Source of the DNA: Eledone cirrhosa
Lineage: Eukaryota
NCBI GenBank assembly: GCA_964016885.1
Contig: OZ024744.1
Coordinates: 80,290,001-80,354,000 of the forward strand
Length of the DNA stretch: 64,000 bases
Direction: 5' to 3'
A program made the position numbers and the translations under genes. Under the pieces are notes generated by a model. That model had not been told where the DNA came from and ran no database searches. It was given only the letters and a program-made list of their open reading frames with translations. Positions 59,038 to 64,000 of this stretch are shown here, piece by piece (within the stretch, counting starts at the first letter, position 1; each line of letters begins with the position of its first letter).

Positions 59038-59892
59038 TTACTTGTAAAAGTATAATTCTTTTGTTAACATGTTCGCTATATATGGAACCTGTTTCATTCC
59101 ATACTTATCCACCCTTTTAGACTGATATTCATAGGCTACCATACGATTTACTGAAATCATTAGTCTTTGCAGTTCATGTTGACTTCCGTCTTTACGCAGA
59201 ACTTTGGCTAGCGATTGTATAAACCAGGATCCAGTAGTTTCATTTCTCCAGGAGTAAAATCCGGGGACAGTAGATTGAGCTATAAGTACGTCTGCCCATT
59301 GAGGTATATTGTAAGATTTGATATTTTCATATTTACTCCATTGACTAACTTCAGCATCGTGAAGCAGTGCACCACTATCCAGTTTCGATCCTCGACAGGC
59401 TTGTATGAAAAATAGTTTAGGTTTACCTTTTAAAGACAGACATCGATCAGGAAGTAACATTTCAACTAAACTGTCAAGTTTTACCTTATTATCTGTGCAC
59501 CATATCTGGTTATCTTTTTCCCCGTGACTCAATATAATACAAACGAAGCAGTTATTGTTTCTGTGATCCATCGAAGCTATATTTTCAAAGATTTGTATAG
59601 TTTGTTTCTCTGATAAATTCTTTCGAGTAATTACTTCAAAATGTAATGATTTCAATACTGTTTCCATAACCGATTGATCTTTATCGGATCCTTTTCGAGC
59701 AAACAAATCCGATTTATCAAATTTTTCATTATTGATTATTAAAGCTAGGTTACTTTTATTGGGATCCATAACATAACTGGTACTTCCACACTCAATACTT
59801 CCATCAACTGGCATTTTACATGCAGTAGGTAGTGTAATGTCTCTCTCATTAAAATATATACCTGCAATAGGGTGTGCATCTGTGTAATCCAT
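59038..59892 (-). CDS. Effector caspase (caspase-3/7-like), intact 284-aa single coding exon
   Basis: LALIINN..R.GS..D, CIILSHG, GKPKLFFIQACRG, SWRN..GSWFIQ, KQVP..MLTKELYF; AATAAA at 58949-58954 (-); splice-acceptor-like site at 59908-59909. Confidence 0.95.
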   Translation of the reverse strand: MDYTDAHPIAGIYFNERDITLPTACKMPVDGSIECGSTSYVMDPNKSNLALIINNEKFDKSDLFARKGSDKDQSVMETVLKSLHFEVITRKNLSEKQTIQIFENIASMDHRNNNCFVCIILSHGEKDNQIWCTDNKVKLDSLVEMLLPDRCLSLKGKPKLFFIQACRGSKLDSGALLHDAEVSQWSKYENIKSYNIPQWADVLIAQSTVPGFYSWRNETTGSWFIQSLAKVLRKDGSQHELQRLMISVNRMVAYEYQSKRVDKYGMKQVPYIANMLTKELYFYK

Positions 59893-60174
59893 AGTTGAAT
59901 GTAATATCTATTGACAGTTAAGTAGAATGAGAAACGGAGTAAGATAATAATGAAATGATTGTGTAATTGGGGTACGTTTCTTCTCTTCAGTTCAGTTGAT
60001 ATCCCAAGAATAAAGAACACGTTCTATTAGTTAATATAAAACGATTGTCATGGGTTACTAATTAAATGTCCTCAGAAGGAGTCGTAGATAACAACTTAAT
60101 AAGAAAAATATAAACTACTGACTGTTTGTATTGTAGAAGATCGCCTAAAGTATAATTGGGTAACTTTTATCGCC

Positions 60175-60190
60175 TGACCCGGAAGTTAAT
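60175..60190. promoter_or_regulatory. ETS-type CCGGAAGT motif upstream of the caspase
   Basis: cccggaagtt about 290 nt upstream of the ATG. Confidence 0.25.
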
Positions 60191-60237
60191 GACAACTGCT
60201 ACAGTATGTGGGTGTGCTACTATATAATGATATATAT

Positions 60238-62330
60238 ATCATCATCATCATCTTCGTTTAACGTCCATTTTCCACGTTAGCATGGGTTAGACGGGAGTTG
60301 TCCCACTTGAGGCAAGGTTGGTCGGGTGACCGTGTCTCGCTCATATAGGACTATCTGGCAGGTTTTCTACGGTTGGATGCCCTTCCTAACACCAACCACA
60401 TTTACAGTGTGGGACTGGGAACTTTATACCGTGTTACCTACACGACCACATTACAGCGTGGACTGTGTTTTTTTTTGTCGTGACACCTACACGATCTCGA
60501 TCTCATTTTCTCGTGCTGTTGGTGGGAGTGGGAGGATAGAGTAGGAGTAGTGGATTGGGGTGTATATTTGGTTAAGAGGTGCCTACTGACTGTAGGTTTC
60601 GCTTTGTACATAGGCAAGGCGGGTCTTCTGTATTACTGGGTAGCGCCAAAGATCTCGGTCTAGAGACATTGTCTTAGAGAGATGTAAGTGTGTAAGGTCG
60701 GAATTTATCAGATCATCCCAGGTTTTTCTGGGTCTGCCTACTCCGTAACTACCATCAATTTTGATCGCCCTGCACTTTTTTATACAGCTGTCGTTTTTCA
60801 TGCGCATCACGTGACTATACCAACGTAGTCTTCTCTCAAGTAAACAGCATCTGATCCCTCTTATTCCTAATTTCTCACTTAGTTCATTTATGCTTTGCCG
60901 TTCACGTATATTACTATTACACATCCAACGGAGCATGCATGCTTCGTTCCAGTCTACGCAGGTCCTCTGCACGTAATGCCCATGTCTCACTGTCATGTAA
61001 CATTGCTGTTCGTATACAGGCATCATACAATCTGCCTTTCATTTTTAGAGAGAAACCTTTTGTGGCCAACAGCGGTATAAGCTCTCTGAACTTTTTCCAT
61101 CCCGTTCTGACTCTGGCTACTGTACTTTCAGAACACCCTCCTCCACTGCTGATTTCGTCACCCAGGTAACGGAAAGTGTCTACTATTTCTATAGAACCAT
61201 ATGGGCAATGGAAGGAGCTAGTATCCTTTGGACACTTGCTACTTATTGCACCTGAGCATTGGCCACATATAAAGTCTACGTTCTTAGATAGTTTACCTGT
61301 GATCCCACTACATCTTTTATGTACCCATACTTTGCATTTAGGACATAAAATGGAATTTCTGCCTACTCCTTTCCTACACACTGAGCATGGCCATTTCCCT
61401 GAGGGCACCTGTGCCCTATTTTCCTTTCTACAAACTAGAACTTTAGTCTTAGACAAGTTAACTTTAAGGCCTTTTGATTCTAGGCCATGCCTCCATGTTT
61501 CGAATTTCTTCTCTGGTTCAGCCATTGATTCAGCTATGAGTGTTAGATCATCTGCGTATAGGAGTTCCCGTGGGCAGCCGGTCTTGAACTCCTCTGCTAT
61601 AGCCTGAAGGGCAATAATAAATAAGAGGGGGCTAAGGACAGAGCCTTGATGAACGCCAACTTTTACACTAAATTCTTCACAATATTCATTGTTAATTCTA
61701 ACCTTACTGACTGTTTCATTACACATAGCTTGCATAGCTCTCACAAGCCATTCATCTACACCTAGTTTTCTAAGAGCCCACCAGATAATGGAGCGGGGGA
61801 CTCTGTCAAAAGCTTTCTCCAGGTCTACAAAAGCTAAGTAGAGGGGTTTACTTTTAGCTAGGTACTTCTCTTGTAGTTGTCGTACAAGGAAAAGAGCGTC
61901 TGTGGTACTTTTACCTGACACAAACCCAAACTGCATTTCATCTAGATCAATTCGCTCTCTGATTAGTTGCGCTATAACTCTTTCTGTGACCTTCATGACC
62001 TGGTCAACTAACTTAATACCTCTATAATTTCCCCTATCTAGAGCATCCCCTTTACCTTTGTAGCAGTTAATGATGATGCTGCTACGCCAGTCTTTCGGTA
62101 TGACCCCATTCTGTATTACTTGGTTAACTATACAGGTGACCATAGTGTGTCCCACCATACCAGGTTCCTTCAACATCTCAGCAACTATCTCCGAAGGCCC
62201 AGCTACTTTGCCTGTCTTCATATCTTTGATTGCCTTACTTATTATCTTTAACTTGCACTGCTGGTCCTTCTATTGGATCGATTTGGGGCAGACTATCTTT
62301 TTCCCATTTATTCTCCTCATTTATTCTCCT
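60238..62330 (-). mobile_element. 5'-truncated RTE family-1 LINE (second copy)
   Basis: ORF 60917-62221 with RT and Cys-rich insert, closely similar to 45509-47180; (GAT)n tail. Confidence 0.95.
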
Positions 62331-62546
62331 CAAGCTCACCGACATACAGAGTTGACATTGCACTCAGTGCTCCTGTGGGAGCCCCTACATGGACACACTG
62401 GAAGAGGAAGACCAAGGTTAACGTATGTTGATGCCCTAAGGAAAGATACTGGTCTGTGGGAGACACAGGACATGGCAGCGATAATGAGGGACAGAGACCA
62501 CTGGAGAGAACTCATCTATGAATCTCGGGAATTTTACCCGCCCTAG
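62331..62546 (+). mobile_element. RTE family-2 3' end fused head-to-head to the family-1 copy
   Basis: Matches 51475-51685 (AHRH.ELTL.SVLLWEPLHG..REFYPP*). Confidence 0.9.
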
Positions 62547-63127
62547 AAAAAAAAGTATGAAATTTGTAAAAATTTGTTTTTTTTTCTACAAATTTCATAC
62601 GTGATGACCCAATATATATATAGTAGTAGTAATTTAGTAATAGGTCGGTAAAATATCCAATAGAGCAACTCAAGTCCGTAGGGTGTGAATTTGAATATAA
62701 TTATTATGGCCAGTTACCACAACGGCGCTATACTAGGTACGTATGTTTTGTTAGCCCTGAGGACAATGTTGTGCTGATGAAAACGAACCAGTTAATAATT
62801 ATATATATATATATGTGTATGTGTGTGTGTATTTTCTTCTTATTCTATTCAGGTAGGTCCTGTCAGAAGCAACCGTTTCTAACCGATCCGAATGGATCCT
62901 CAAGCGAGACCAACCGAGCTCATGAATGTTATCCAACCATCTCTTGAAATGAAGCCCCAGAACACAATATACAGTGAATATACAACATTCAGCGTATATA
63001 TATAAAAAAAAAAATTTTTAACTAGCACTTCCCACGTTGATGTATACTGAAAAATGAAAATGAAATACAATTTACAGCTCACATCTTTGTAGGTTTAGTT
63101 GGCCACCAATGGAGTTGCTTCCCTTAA

Positions 63128-63337
63128 CCCTTTAGCATTTAAACCGGCCGTAACCGGCCAGAACTCTGTCACCTCTTTCTGTTCAAACTGGCTGAAACCA
63201 GCCACTCATACTGATATTAACATACTGTTCTCAAAATAAATAATATGAAAATCTCATAGATTCGATATAATGTGAAATAATTGTGAGGTAAATCTTTTAC
63301 TGCAAAAATACAATAGAGTAATGTAAATGCTAAAGGG
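63128..63337. mobile_element. piggyBac-type MITE
   Basis: TTAA TSDs (63124-63127, 63338-63341) and TIRs CCCTTTAGCATTTA/TAAATGCTAAAGGG. Confidence 0.85.
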
Positions 63338-63711
63338 TTAAAAGCACTGCGAAATAGAGTGTCTTGCGCACGAATAGAACACGCCTGGTTCGACATTAGG
63401 ACCTATGACATTATGGTTGTAAGTTCAAAGGTCTAACCACTAAGCCATGCATATTCTGTTTGCCATTTATTGCAGCTTCCTGCATTGCATGGAAGTATCT
63501 TTCAATGCAGAATGTTAGGAACTTGTCGGAACACCATGTCAGTATTTTAGTATAGTTTATCCCCTCTATGGTCTTTTTTTCACCTCAAGTTCCCAAGTAG
63601 TACCTCTGCAGTGAATTGATTCATTTAAAAAAAAATTTTGTTCAATCATACACTAGAGTCAGAGTTATCCAATGTTCCCGAGAGAGAAATTTGTACGAGT
63701 TTTTATTTTAA

Positions 63712-64000
63712 GTATGTATGTTCTTCTGGTTTTATAATTTCACAAATCTTTGCCAATAGAGAGAAAGAGTCGGTTTGTAACATAGACACAAGACTCTCTC
63801 ATTGGAATTTACACAACATCAACTAGGTAGGTTATGTATGCATGTGTGCATGTGTGTGCAGGTATGGATGTTATTTTATGTGTGGATGTGTATGTTTTGA
63901 GTTGTATGTGTGCATGTGTATATGCTTTGTACAAGGGTATATGCAGTTATTAAATGCAGAATTTTTGGAATGTTTTACATATTTTTACTGTTCCATTAAT
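63712..64000 (-). mobile_element. Second R4-like element 3' end (runs off the window)
   Basis: Matches 34812-35085, including the ..ICKTFQKFCI* end. Confidence 0.8.

Noticed and set aside
62750-62800. CTGAGGA/CTGATGA cluster as a hammerhead
   Set aside because: Stems could not be paired convincingly

Overview
AT-rich, microsatellite-dense eukaryotic genomic DNA. It is most likely octopus or another cephalopod, inferred from the SINE, LINE and (TA)n/(CA)n content and not verified. Most of the window is transposon-derived. It holds several Penelope-like elements (PLEs; two near full-length Naiad-like copies plus GIY-YIG fragments of other clades), two RTE-type LINE families, a CRE-like and an R4-like restriction-endonuclease LINE, Helitrons, Tc1/mariner, Merlin/ISXO2, a piggyBac MITE and many tRNA-SINEs. 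Host-like sequence is limited to an intact single-coding-exon effector caspase (59038-59892, -), an RMND5-like first coding exon (57372-57507, +) and a candidate promoter/first exon near 24.5 kb. The main hidden signal is RNA structure. About 35 type I hammerhead ribozyme motifs (read by eye, many families) lie in PLE pseudo-LTRs, fold-back insertions in (TA)n tracts and retrozyme-like tandem units. Several families carry fixed core variants (U3-A8, U4A, U4C). A covarying bulged hairpin (RCTC..TH-GAGY-RCTY) is shared across otherwise dissimilar families. Coordinates were counted by hand and may be off by a few bases.
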